A stretch of DNA of 64,000 nt from Callorhinchus milii (Eukaryota). The position numbers and the translations under genes were made by a program. Below the pieces are notes generated by a model. The model saw only the letters and a list, made by a program, of their open reading frames with translations, was not told the DNA's origin and ran no database searches. Positions 36,191 to 49,790 of the stretch are shown piece by piece. Location of the stretch: positions 34,226,001-34,290,000 of the forward strand of contig NW_024704743.1 in assembly GCF_018977255.1 (NCBI RefSeq), read 5' to 3'. Each line of letters begins with the position of its first letter. Position 1 is the first letter of the stretch.

Positions 36191-37009
36191 GTTAATAGGG
36201 GAAATCTAGTCCCAGGTAGAATTTTCCACCAAGTACAACGAAGTACACCTGAAGCACAAGACAAACAGCAGAATCTCAAGTTTAATGACTCATTCAATAA
36301 AGGATCACAAATTTTGCAATGAATAAATAATGGCTTAATTTCGTTTGGTCAGCCAGGTGTCTATCACATACAGAAACCCATCACCATGCAGTATCGAAAC
36401 CAAACTGTGAGTTCAATGCATTCCATGCACATATGGAAATTCCCATGTTTGAAATGGAATTCCCGGGGAGACTCATTCTGCTTACCTAATTCCAGAAAGT
36501 ATTAGCTGCACGTTGGAAAGGGCCAAGATATGGGGACCCCAGAGTGTGCGTTGGGTATTGCTGGAGTTTAACCAGCTAAAACCGCATGGGTTGCCATTGA
36601 GAACACTGTCTGGCAAGCTTTCCCACTGCTTGTCCAGCTAGGATCACACGAGCCATTAGGGCTTTGGCTTGCAGGGTTAACAAGAGCTGAGAGGAAAAAG
36701 TCCCTGTTCCTAGTGACAGGTCTGCCCTTCCAAGTCCTGCCAAGGAGCCAGGCTGGCTGTGCTTCATCAGCAGCGCCCTGGAATACAGCAGACCTGCCTG
36801 GCTCAGGAACTAAGGAACCTGATTACCAAGAACACCACAGAGAGTTTGCTCGATTCTGACAGTTCATTGCCAAGTATGTCGCCTTGGAGTCAGCTGTGTT
36901 CCAAGGAAACCCCGCTTACCTACCACCACCCCAGGAGGATAGTCACTAGTTGGTCATTTGATATTCGACAAGCACAGTTTTGAGCCCTCACTGAATGGAA
37001 TGCATAGTA

Positions 37010-37111
37010 CACGGTGACCAAAAAGTCTAATTACAATGTCTAATAAGTCTTAAAAGATGATATATTTCTTTTTGGACAATAGGGTAGTTATCACAACTTT
37101 TGGTCGCCCTG
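37010..37111. mobile_element. Tc1/mariner-type MITE, 102 bp
   Basis: TA-cacggtgaccaaaaagt ... acttttggtcgccctg-TA: imperfect TIRs of about 16 bp with a TA duplication. Confidence 0.75.
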
Positions 37112-37159
37112 TACTTACAATATAACTTAATATAGGATTTAATATAGCATCTTAACACA

Positions 37160-37615
37160 TAAACAACAACAACAAATTGCATACAGAGGCTTTCATGCCA
37201 GGAGAATGTCCCAAAATACTAGATAGTCAAGGGTTTTCACTTGAACTGGGGGTTGGATTCGGAGCCCGCCAAACAGAGGGAATGGGCAGGTTGGTAGGGG
37301 CTTAGGAGATCGCAGAGGTAGGGGGAGCAAGACCATGGAGGGCTTTGAAGGTTAGGACCAGGATCTTGAACTATATCCTCTGTGTGATGGAATGCCAGGA
37401 GAGATGGACGAGGACGAGGGTGAAGGGTCACAGCGCCTATCACCCCCAGGTAAGCTAAATGCCCAACAGCTGATGGTGGGGCAGGGAGTGGGGGACGTGA
37501 AGCAGGCCAGCGCCCGCCGAGAGGAGGGAGCAGATGGTTGGTAGCGTTTTAAAAGATCACAAAGGTGGGGTAAGGCAAGCCCGTGAGGAGATTTAAAATT
37601 GAGGACGAGGATCTG
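37160..37615 (-). mobile_element. Two decayed L2 3' fragments
   Basis: Tail plus PYLCDLLSPYQP-encoding sequence. Confidence 0.75.
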
Positions 37616-38629
37616 AGTACACTCATGTTTACATATGGTTAAGATAAGTTACATATAATAGACCCTTCAACAGCAAAAGTGACAGGGAACCAATACAATT
37701 TTTTTTGCATGATTCACATATCAGCCAATAAATTTAGCACCAAAGCATCAATTTTAATGCTTACAGTATGATCTGAGTGCCAAATACTCACTCAAAGTCC
37801 ACAAACAGGAGCAAGTGTCGTGACAGCAATTCCGAGACTGAAGCAACATATTCATAAGTCATGAAATATGTGTGAATCATGCATATGAGGAAATATTTGA
37901 TGTGGTTTCATTTTGCTACAAAGCTGTAAACGAGTGGTTTGAAGCTGGAATAAGTTAACTTAATCTGGAGAAACATTGAGCAATACTTTACTGCCGAAGA
38001 GAGAGAACATAGAAAATCACAATGTGGGTTGTAGAGATGAACATGTGCAGAAACTACACTGGAAAATAAGAAAGGTGGACAAGGAAATAAGAACTGAAGA
38101 GGCAAATCTGCAGCAGTTTATCTGTTGTGTTATTTTGCCATAGAAATATTTATTATTATCACATTGTCTAGAGAAGAACAAACTACCATATTTAGATCAT
38201 TTGCAAATGCTTTGAACAATTACTGTATTGTGTCAATTTGCAAAATGTCTATTTTGTTCCAAAATTTATGCAGTGATGGTTTCATCTTCTTGCTTTCAAG
38301 ATTTTATTTGTTTGATTTTTAACTTCTTTTGTGGTAACATTCTATTGCAAAATGTTCTAATGCAGAGAAAATGTTGATATTTGCTTTTACAATCATTCGA
38401 AAAAGATCCTAAAAAATTACAGGCTTGTGTTTTGCATGAAGTTTATTTTCAGTGAACTATATTACCAAACATTAATGTATCTTGAATCTTTTACCATTAC
38501 TTTTCGAAAGTCAAATCCTGATCAATATTTTAAACAAGGAAATAAAGAGACAGAACCAAGCAAAAGGTTTGAAATAGGTGACTAGGCTTTGGTGCTTTCA
38601 CCATCTTTAAATTCTTCAATCCATCAAGA

Positions 38630-38800
38630 TAAAACTGGTCATTCATTTCATGGCTGTTTGTGGGGCATTACTGTGCGTAAATTGGCTGCCACATTCATCT
38701 ACAAATACACAGTCACTACCCTTTATTCCCTGTGAAGTGCTTTGAGACATGCAATGACATAAGACACTATCAAATGCGAAGATTATTTTTATTATTATTG
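38630..38800 (+). mobile_element. Old SINE 3' half
   Basis: atggctgtttgtgggg...aaattggctgcc...tatcaaatgcgaagatt. Confidence 0.8.
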
Positions 38801-40009
38801 CGTCAGCCCACTTTGTACCTTGTAACTCTTGTAGGGATCATCTCAAACCTTCCATATCTTCAATGGAAATGCACTTGGGGTGAAAGATGCAGTATCATGG
38901 GACATTCTGCTTCTGGAGATGTCCCAGACTGTGGTGGATAAACACCATTCCAGTGACTCCCCCTCTTGTAAAATAGTTTCGCACAAAAGCCGTATTCTTC
39001 AGCTGTTGAGCCAGCCAGTGGTGCTTTTAATCATGCTTCAGCGCTATTGTGCTATTCTGCAAACCAGTAGAGGGTTAGGGATCCAAAATGGGAATTCGGG
39101 CTGATTTATTTCTTCCAATGGCAAAAGATAATAATAATCCTTGTTCCATGTTCTAATGATTCTTTAACTCCTCCACTGATGTCCTATTTTTGGGACGATA
39201 ATAAAAAAATGTGTACCTCTTTTGAAAGATGAAATTGTTTTTGAAATCTTGTTGGCCTCTGTGATGCATACATTGGACTCAAAGGCTACTTTGCTGAGCC
39301 TTTTTGTTTTCGTTTGATTGTAAGCAGTAAATAAGTTGAAAAACATGTTTACACAGTCTACGGTTACTATATTCATGGAGAAATCTAATTTCCATGTATT
39401 ATCTAAGGATGAATCAATCCAAATGTTATGGATTTGTTTTAAATGTTCTCATCTTCTCACTTGTGCCAGATTATCACAGGATCACAAGATTGATTTGGAT
39501 GAAGACGGTCTCTCGAGCTATTTGATCTCATCCTTTCAGATGATGCATTCTACCATCCTCCCATCATAGCATCAAGCTGTTTTTTAAATGAGTCCAAGGC
39601 CCTGGCCTCAACCTTCCTTCTATTGTAACTCTTTATCTGTGGGAGGGAGGGGGAGGGAGGGAGATCAGATAGAGTTCTCACTTCTAATTATTACCCAGTG
39701 ACAGCTGGAAAGTACACATGTATAAACCCTGGTGAAATGTTTCCAGTGCCTCCTCCTCCCCATGTTAAGGTAACCTGATAAGATTCACCATCCATGGCCA
39801 CTCATGAAGAATGCATCCATGGACCTGTACTGTGTACCAATATGAATAATTGACTTAAAGATATGAAAGGTTAGAGGAAAACCTGGAAGGAAAAAACAAT
39901 TGAGATTGCACAAAACCCTTCACTGGTTACTCAAGCAACTGATTTTCTCAAGTGAGATGTGTCAAGCAATCACTATAGACTACATTAACTAGACTGACAG
40001 TGGGAATTA

Positions 40010-40380
40010 GGCACCCTAGTAATAAGGAGAGACTACAGAGCTGGGAATGTTCACACTTAAGAAAAAAAGCCTCAGGGGAGATCTTATTGAACTACTCAAT
40101 ATCAATATGGGTAAACTGAACCCTCACAACATGTTTAGGACCGTCAAAAAATGTAGGACAGACTTAAGTTCAGAGTTAATCATTTTACTCAGAGAGTGAT
40201 GAATAATGCAGAAAAAATGGCTCAGGGAGGCAGATTGCAAATGCAAGAGAGATTCTGGCAGCTATTTGGTATCGAATTCCATTGAGAAGTGTGAGAGAAA
40301 ACTTATTTTTATTACAGTGAGACTGGTTAGGTGGACTGCAATAGTCTTTTCCCACCCCATATTGCTCTGCTCCTATGTTT
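40010..40380 (+). mobile_element. Decayed CR1 3' end
   Basis: gagagactacagagctgggaatgttcac...aggggagatcttattgaa (RGDLIE) and tttactcagagagtg. Confidence 0.65.
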
Positions 40381-41387
40381 GAGCTGAGGTAGTTGACCTC
40401 AGCTATACAGGGGTTAGACAGGCAAGTCGAAGTGAAGCAAATTAGTGTCAACACCTCCAGGTTAGTAAGGGAAGAATAAAATCCACGGGCCTGAAATTCC
40501 TCATGTTCTTAAGACTGTTATCTCAAAATTTAAGATTGTGTGGAATTTTGGAAAACCATCCTAATTTCAGTCTTAATTTGGAAGTGCTTGACAGAGATTT
40601 TTTTCACCATAAAGTGTATAGCTCCAATGGAGGAGCTTGAATCAGCATTGATTTTGGGCTGCACAGCTTTCTCCAATGTTGTAAAGTTTTCGAAATGCTG
40701 TTTGGGTTACAATTTGGAAATTAACCATATTGCCTCATCCGTTTCCTTTGATTCATTTGAATGTAACTTATGTGCAATTCAATAAATCTAGAGACTACCA
40801 CAAATATTAAACAGCAAAGCAGCAAGGGTGTTTTTTCGAGGGGGTAGGGTTTAACCCAGTCCTTTCCCTGACTTCACAACAATTTGCAATGCAAATGAAG
40901 CAAACTTTAGATATCCGTGCACACAAAAAATAACACAAAACCTTTTTCTATGAAACACAATGCGGCTCAGATAACAAACAAAGAGTCATTGCGCGCAGAA
41001 ATGCAAAACCTTCCTCCGTTCATGTTGCCTTACATTGTCACTTCTACAGTGAAAACTTGCTGCAGGTAATCAAAAACGAGACTAGCGTGACATTTGCCAA
41101 TGCTTGCAGATCACAGTATATGAGTAAGCAGTGGCAGATACGAGATTGAGATAATAAAATGGACTGAGACACCATAAGGTCATAGAAGTCTCGTCCAATA
41201 GCTGGTGTTACCCTTTAAAGTTGTGGTTGCATTTTTGCGTCATTTAGAAAATATCACCAAAAATTTCAATTTAAAAATGTTTGGGGTTTTTCCCACCTAT
41301 GGAATATTTGCAAAGAAACTCTATTGTACGGTCTTGGCTTTCTTTCCCAATTGGATATTTAGGATGTAATACTTTTTGATTTGGTTC

Positions 41388-41525
41388 AATAATAATAATA
41401 ATCCTTGCATTTGATATTGTGCCTTATCACGTCTACAAGATATCTCGAAGCGCTTCCCAGAATATACTATAAAATGAATTGACTGTGGATTTAGTGGTCG
41501 AAACGCAGCAGCCAATTGCGCACAA
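41388..41525 (-). mobile_element. SINE 3' half
   Basis: Tail and gcagccaattgcgcac. Confidence 0.85.
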
Positions 41526-43234
41526 GTATTTACAACAGCAGGAATTTAGCAGCACTTGTAAACTTGGGAGCCACAAGACCCAAAATGTCACCTAATCTTT
41601 GTCTGTTAAGACCATGTCTTGAAAATTTAACATCACACAGAATTGTGGAAAATTCTCAAACGCCATCTTACATAGAATGGCATAGAATGTACAATACCAA
41701 GACAGGCCATTCAGTCCAATTAGTCAGTGATGGTATGTATACTCCACATGAGCCTCCAGCCATCCTGATCCAGTTCCCCTCCCTATTCCATGTATGCATC
41801 AAATTTTCTTTTAAATGGCTACTTTGGTGCTTTCTGCTTCATTCACGATTCCTGGCAGTGAGTCTCACATTCTCACAACCTCTAGATCTCCTTTAGATCT
41901 TATATTTATGTCCCCTTGTTATGGACTCACCAACAAGTGCAATCAGTCCCTTTAATGTTTGCCTTTTCGAACGTTTTCATAATTGTAAACATTTTAATTA
42001 TTTTAATTATTAATCATAATTCGGTTGTCAGCTTTCTCAACAAGAACCAGAATTTAACAATTGTCTGTAATGCTGTGCAACCATAAATTTTAAGAGAAAA
42101 TAGTCATACAAGCTAAGACTAGGTGGAATTTGACACCTCAGACTACAGGGATGGGGGAGAGGGAATGCCACAGAATTGGATTAGACTGACACAATTTTAC
42201 AAAGAGAGCTTGACATGGGGATGGAAGTACTTGGATTGATGGCCGACAATGAGGTCTAATACAGAAATATATAATGAATACTAAGCTTGCTGGAGTATAA
42301 TGTCAGCCAGTATTATGTCGACAAAGGATTTTTTTAAAAGTTGCTCTAGGGGATCAAGGTGTAGAGAATCAAATGATGTTGCATACGTTCAGCTCCTTCT
42401 CCATAATGTAATATCCTCAGGATTTTTTTTCAACAGCAGATTAAATAGCAATAAACCACATATTTTTTCTTGTGTCAGTGTGCTGCTGAATGCCATTACT
42501 GTATTTATAGAACTACACTTGACCAGTTAGATTGAATGGTACTACTCTAAGTAAACCCAGATAAGAATCTGTCCGATGGTGTAGAATTCATGAAATGTGT
42601 CAGAGTGGATTCTCGTTGTATTTGTATAATGTTTCTTCGTCTGGATAATTTTCAAACGCGACTCTTCAATATACAATACTTTCAGAAGAATGAGCTGCTT
42701 TAATGCTCCCCAACTGCCTTACACTTTGCATCTTTAAACAGAGATAAGTGCTTGCTATATTTGGGCATACGAAAGACATGAGAGAAAAATTGCCATTTCC
42801 CTCTGTAAGCCAGATATCAGGGTGCACTTCACAGTTCTGTTGAAATGTCACGCATTTTTCAGCACACTAGACAAGCAATTTCTCAGAAGATGTTTAAGCA
42901 GCAGATTATCATGTACCTGCAAAGAGTCACAAGAAATTATTCTACATTTGCAGTTTTGGGAACCTGGCGAAACTGGCAGCTGAATCTGATAAAAGGCACC
43001 ATAAATGTTATTAAACAGAATTCTCTGAACAGTGATGAATTATTGAGAGAAAATTATTGTTTTGGTGGTGGAACTTCTTTCAATGCGGCATCATGAAATT
43101 TTAAATTGATATTTAAAAACTGTTTTGACTCTTATAATCGTAATATTTACAACTACAACAACAACAACTTGCACTTTTTTTTGCACCCTTCAAGTGGGGT
43201 AGCATCCCAGAGTGCATAAGATTAGGCTGCATTT

Positions 43235-43580
43235 GTTTGTTATTGGTGTTTAAAGGAGTCTTGTAGCGTATTGGTTAGACCACTCACCTGGCAAGTGAGA
43301 GGACCCGAAATCGGGCAGGGCAAAACGTTGGGCAAGTTTCATTACTCCACACGTCTCTGTTTACCTAGCAGCAAGTAGGAATCCAGTTGTTAGTTGATTG
43401 GCGGATCTGGGGGTAATAATCCTTCAAAAAAATAATAATTTGGTCACTCTTGCCACAATGTTTGTGGGACACTGCTGTGCGTAATTGGTTGCTGCGTTTC
43501 ACAGTATATTCTGTGAAGAGCTTGAAGATGTCTCAATGACGTGATAAACCATAATATATCAAATGCCAGGATTATTATTA
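43235..43580 (+). mobile_element. tRNA-headed SINE, intermediate tier
   Basis: ggagtcttgtagc head, ttgggcaagtttc linker, ctctgtttacctagcagcaagtaggaa segment and tail. Confidence 0.85.
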
Positions 43581-46283
43581 TAGGGATAATTGTAATCATA
43601 ATATTTACAAATTATATTAGGCTGTATCTGTTTGTTATTTGTGCTTAAAGTAGGTACCTTGTTGAGCAGTAGATGAGATTGGTGGATATCCTTTTGCTTC
43701 TGTAACCTGACTTAAATCCAGACTACTTTGGATGAAAACAAGACAAGAGAGCACGGGTTTTGTACTGGAAGGACAAGTTTATAAGAGACACCAAGAATTA
43801 AGTCAAGATTTTAGGTCTCCCTAAAGATCTATAAAATACAGTTACAGAAATCCATCAGAATAGATGACATAGGAACATAACAAAACAAGAGAAAGCCATT
43901 CAGCCCATCCAAACTTGCCAGATTAGCCCCCACAGTGATTCACTGTCTAACTGACTACCTTAAACAAGTAGTCCATCAAAATTAAAGTTTACTTATTTAA
44001 TTCCAGTACCAAATATTCTACAAATACTCTCCTGGTGTCGGAGAAACTTGAATGCTAGCCAGAGGCATAAATTCATTCATTCTTGCCTGTCAACGTTAAA
44101 GAAAATGGAAAATCAACTTCACACGACTAAAAGTGCAATTTGCATATCACAAAAATATGACATCAATCATAGCAAGTATCAAAGATTCTCAGGTGTATGT
44201 TTGTGACTGCCACCTTATCATCATATTGTCCTTCAGCTTCTCTACCTCTGAAGTCACTGGACTCTCTGACAGTTAACAAGGCATCTCTGCTTTTAATGTA
44301 GGACGTGACTCTGTCTTTCATAAAGTGAAGCAAACATTTTGGAGTTACAATTTCTCAGAAGCTACAGAATTTGTATGGCCTTTTTCCTTCTTCCTTTGAG
44401 CATTTTTGCCAAACAGTAAAACGCCGAGTTACCAGCCTCCGGGTATCCGGAATTTGTATCTGACCAGAAATGGAAAATTTTAATAAAATAACATGCTCAT
44501 ACAGATTCCTGTTGGCCCAACTCTCCAGTCACACACCCGCCTTCAGTGGCCAGGGATATCAACTTTCACTCAGCTCTGAAAAAGCCAGCACTGAAAAAAG
44601 CCAGTAAATGCTATACCAGCATTGTAATTACACTTAGCCAGAAATTCTGCTTGCCGCACCGGATATTTAAGTGTACGTGCTGGTCCTGTTTTGCAGTGTG
44701 TTACCATACATATTGGGCCAGCACAAAACATGTGAATTTCAGTTTGAAACCTGCTAATTGGCAGCAAGTAGATTAGTTGAACTGAGTTCATCAAATAACA
44801 CTGGATACTGCAAAACCTAATCAGTGCTGCGTGATCCTATGTGAAAAGACCTCAGTGTTAGAAAAGGCTAATGGAAGGAAACTGACACAATCAGACTAAA
44901 GGAAAGAGTAGGACAGGCTGCGATAAACGGGGAGAAATATCCTTTTTCCTGGCTTCCAATAACAATGCTTCACAGTGCGTATCATTGCACAATGGCAAAG
45001 CTTCCTGTTCATCTCCCACTGTGAAGCATTCTTTGGCTGCATGTGGAATATCCCTCTGCTACACACAGTAATGACTAGGTAAAAGAAGCACGTTGATGCC
45101 ATCTGCCAGCTACATCTCCCAGTACAAGATAGGGTGGCTGCAGACTGCTATTTATTGCTTCCACGAGGCTTCTGCTCTGCCAATAGGAGACAAAATAGAA
45201 TGAAACTTCCATTAACTTCTCATTATGATACGTTGTGAAAATGAAGGTAATTGGAAACCTATCCCACAGGTAAAGTGATTCTTTATATCACCTTAAGTGG
45301 TGCCAAATGTGATACAGGAGTCTATTACTATATGCTTGCAGGTGACTTCCTAATAAGTTGATCACAGAAATCAGAATCAATGGCTTTATTAACTAACAGA
45401 GAGTGGTGTGAGATTACTGGTGTAGAGCATTCTGTAGCGGCAGAATCGTTCAATATCTTACCTGCACCACATCACTCTTTTTAAAATAAAATAATCCTTG
45501 CATTTGATGTCAGGAATACATCTCAAAGATCTTCACAGAACTGTGTATTTTGTAGGAGAATGCAGGCGCCAATTTGCACACAACCATATATCCCGCAAAC
45601 AGCCACAAGGTGAATGATCAGTTTCATTTGAGGGACTGTTACCCATGACACTGGGAGAACCTCCCTTCTCTTTTTGAATATTGAAACACAATACCATCAA
45701 GATGCTGCCCCAAAGGTGACTCCAGTTAAAATTGCAGTTTATCAGCCACAACGCCAATGTCAAGAGAATATTGTACCCTTTGACTTTTTTTAAAAAAATC
45801 CATTTAAACCAAATTGTTCAAGGCTCTCTGGCTTTCATGAGTGGAAGGGTTAATACAAATTACATGGTGCAGTTCCACTTACTTACAAATGTAGACAATG
45901 AGGGTCTTACATATTTTGGTACATTACCTTGGTTCTGGGAGAGGTGGGACCTGCCCTTGGCATTACCCTCTGTTTGAAAGGAATATTTCAGGACATGATG
46001 ATTATGGAAACTTATCCTTCAAACAGAACGTCACAAGTTTCTGATCCGTTTATAGATTGTGGCAGCCTTACACCATTTGGAACGTTTATCTCAACTTATG
46101 GCTGTCTTTACACAGCTAAAACAAGTTTGGAAAAATCCATTCATTTTTATTAAATCTTACATACTTGACTTGTACTGTAAAAAGCTCGTAGAGCTACGAT
46201 TCCTTTAGCTAAAGTTAGAATAGCTTCAAGTAAACAAATTCTTACTTGATATTACTGCCCCATAAATGGATAAAGAAACGATA

Positions 46284-46500
46284 AGACCTCAAATTCCACC
46301 TAGTCTTATCCTGTAAAATAATTTCGTTTTAAGATTTTCTTAAATTCAGTTTCAATTTGGAAGCTGGGTTTCTACGGTTCTTAAAAAGAACTGACTTCCT
46401 ATACTAAGACTGAATTTTTAAAAATCCGCAATTCTGCAGGATCTTAACATTTTAAAACAAAACAATGTTGCAGGTTAAAGCCTGGTGAAATTTGGAGCCT
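46284..46500. mobile_element. Palindromic MITE-like element (clearest copy)
   Basis: The 5' end agacctcaaattccacctagtcttatcctgtaa matches the reverse complement of the 3' end (aggctccaaatttcaccaggctttaacctgcaa). Confidence 0.7.
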
Positions 46501-46959
46501 TTTGTGATAAATTAATAATCCTAAATTGATAAGATTTTCTAAATGTGATGCTAAATTGAAAGCAAAAACCACATTGACAAGCTCCAAACAACCCTCTGAA
46601 TTTTAACACAAGCAACCTGAAAGAAACATATACTTGTAGTCCAGCAGCAGTTCAGCAAAAAGCACATGTTCTTCCCAGAAAGCATGTCAGTCCATAGTTT
46701 TGTGGTGCTGGGTGTCAGTCATTTTTCAGTTAGCTGGACACTGCTTCACCTAGGACCCTGGGGCCTGATGTGTCTCATGGTCAAAGCCTTAAGAGTATCT
46801 TAAGGTTTAAGCTTGTACAGAATTTGGAACATTCTAGAAATTCAGTTTTAAAATGGAATATGCATGCAGAAAACTGTCCTCCAAATTAAAATGAACTTAA
46901 TTTTTCAAGGTGCAGCACAATTTTAGATCAATGGATTTAGGCTTAAAACCATCGTTGTG

Positions 46960-47320
46960 GAGTGCCATAGAATAGTGGTTAGAGCACATACCTTGCAAAC
47001 GAGAGGACCTAACTTTGATTCCTGGCAGGGCAAAATATTAGGCAAGTTTCTTTACTGCACACGACTTTGTTTACCGAGTAGTAAGTATGAACCCGGTTGT
47101 TAGTCGAATGATGCATTGCTATGTGGGGGTACTAACCCCTCCAAAAAATATTTTAAATAATAATTTGGTCACTCAATCCACGACTGTTTGTGGGGCCCTG
47201 TTGTGTGCAATTGCCTGCCGTGTTTTTCCCACAAACTATAGTCAATTCACTTTACAGTATATTCTGTAAAGTGCTTTGATATGTCTCAATTACATGATAA
47301 GGCATTATATCAAATGCCAC
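46960..47320 (+). mobile_element. tRNA-headed SINE, intermediate tier
   Basis: Head with ttgcaa anticodon loop, extra segment, Deu block and tail. Confidence 0.85.
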
Positions 47321-47323
47321 CTG

Positions 47324-47563
47324 TATTAGTACTCTCTACTACTGACCAGCTATGAGTATTAGTACTCCCTAACACTATAGAACTATCGGTATTTGTACTC
47401 TCCTGCAATACAATTCTATCGCTATTAGTACTCTCCTTCACTGAACAGATATCAGTATTAGTACTCTCCTACACTATATAGCTATCAGTATTAGTACTCC
47501 CTAACACTATACAGCTATTGATATTAGTATCCTAACACTAATACTGCTGTTTATATTAGTACC
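47324..47563. repeat. 33-bp minisatellite, about 7 diverged copies
   Basis: Unit approximately tattagtactcYctacactatacagctatcag, with tattagtac recurring every 33 bp (32 in the last unit). Confidence 0.9.
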
Positions 47564-49580
47564 TCCCTTCCCATGTTTTGATCCCTGGTTCATTTTTTGA
47601 GTAAGAAATTGCTACGTGTTGAACAAATTTTGACAAAAGCCGTAGACCAAAATATCCTTTGGCCCACAGCGTTAGTCAAAGTTTTTTTTTTAAAAATGAG
47701 ATAAATCTCTGCTTGGGTGTTAAAAGTATTTAAGTATCAGAGAAATCGTAAGCAGAACTGTTCCTCAAAAATAAATTGAATGGATGGTATGGAGTCCACA
47801 ATTAGGTAGGCCACACTTGGTTTGTGAAAGAAACAGCCCTGAAGGAATTAATGCTCTTTCTTCATTCCATTTTTCATGTTCTTACTATTCAAACAGTTAA
47901 TGTTCAGCTAATGTTAATTTAGCTTCATGCTGGCATGCATAGTACAGTAGCTATAGTTAAATTACTGTACTATTTTGGATCGGGAAAACATACCCACAAT
48001 ACTTAGTCATTCCTGGCACATAGCCTGCCACCACTTTGTTGCCTAGCTTTCTTTGCATTGGGCAGCTTGTTTTTTCCTGCTGTTCTGGAGGTAGATTTCC
48101 AGGTTTTAAAGCGACACAGTTCAAGGCTTGAAGTAGTATGGGTCAGAACCCAATGTTCTAGCCTGAAATTCCTACAATGCAAATGGGACACAAATACACC
48201 CAAAATGTACATGTAGGTTGAATGTGAATGCAACACAAGCTTTTTAGTATCTAGTTCCTTTCACCTACTAATCATTCTGCTTTTGCCTATAAAATACACA
48301 GTCACTACCCTTCACAGAAAATCGTGTGAAACATTAGGAAATGTTTTGCTGTCAGCGCTTCCCGACATGAAAGATGCTATACAAATGTAATTTGTTCTTG
48401 TTTGATGACATGATAAGGCGCTATATCAAATGCAATTCAAAGATTGTTGTAAGATATCCACCAAAAGCAATGAATGTGAACCTCACACCAATTTAATCAG
48501 TAATTGCTGTACTATACTTCAGTAATTAGATTTTGCAATGCTGTGACCTCTGGAACAATTCACTTTCTTCATATGTAGCATGGTTGCATCTGTACCTAGA
48601 AGTAGACTATCACCAGGACTTGCACTCCAAGGCAGCAAGATGACAGTATCAATACTGAGCTTGTTCATAATCTGAGTTTGGAGTCCTATCCACAGTGAAC
48701 ACATGTGCTACTTCTGGTAAGGCGTAACCTACATTGCCCAGAGCCAATAAGATGTCAACCAGATGTCAACGCTACATTGCACTATTGCTGGAATGTGCTG
48801 TGTTTGTTCCTTCCTCCTAGAAATAAAGCAGATTTTTATGTCAAATATGCAATTCATTTGGTACAGCCTTATAACACTTGATCACCTAACTAGTATCTAA
48901 GCTAACTGCTGTAAGCAATGCCTGCAATAAAATCTAAACATCAGTTTTAAACGTACTGAGGTTAAATATTCACAGAAATACACAACTGCCTGCCAGCACA
49001 ATTATTTTTGCCATTCCTTGAGCTGCTTCAGACAGGTATCAACACATCTGTTATACAGTATTTTATATAATAAATTACCATATAGTAAAGCCACTGTGTA
49101 AGGTGGAACATAACAATGTACGGAAACATGGATGAAAAGGGCCATTCATCCCATCATGTTACACAGCCAACAAAATACACAGTCAATCCACTTTACAGTA
49201 TATATTGTGAAGTACTTTAATATATCTCAACAATACGATAAAGTGCTATATCAAATGCAAGGATTATTATAATGTTCACTGTGTTATCAGGTTGTACAAA
49301 CGTTTATCCTATTTGTAGACTCTATCCATCCACTGTTTGTTTTAGCAGATTGTTCTGCATAGATACTTCCTGATCCACAAAGATATTGAAGCAAATAGTC
49401 ATCCATCAAACATCTCCACTGATCATCTCTGGTCTGCTTCCACTTAAAGCCTATCTTCCTTTTCCTGTTCTCCTTTTGTCCCAACAGCACAGAAACTACT
49501 GTGTTCTAGGAGTACAGCAGGGATCCTGAGATCCACACTAACACAGAAATGAAAACAGTGCAGATATGAGGTGATGATGT

Positions 49581-49790
49581 AATAATAATAATAATAATAA
49601 TCCTTGCATTTGATATAGCGCTTTTCACGTCGGGAGGACGTCCCAAAGCACTTCACAGAACACACTGTAAAGTGAATTGACTGTATATTTGTGGGCGAAC
49701 GCGGCAGCCAATTGCGCACAGCAATGTCCCACAAACAGTCATAGATTGAAAATGACCAATTTATTATTGTTTTTGGTTTTGGAGGGATTA
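49581..49790 (-). mobile_element. Young SINE, 5'-truncated
   Basis: Nearly identical to the 3' two-thirds of the 51069 copy. Confidence 0.93.

Noticed and set aside
36435..36464. Paired NF-kB-like sites ggaaattccc and ggaattccc
   Set aside because: Short motifs with no promoter context; not supportable from sequence alone.
47324..47563. CRISPR-like periodic array
   Set aside because: The variable parts are homologous to each other, the context is vertebrate and there are no cas genes. It is a minisatellite.
49455..49570. Strong plus-strand acceptor (long pyrimidine tract then aacag at 49487)
   Set aside because: Stops in all frames before the weak gtgatg donor; nothing else supports an exon.
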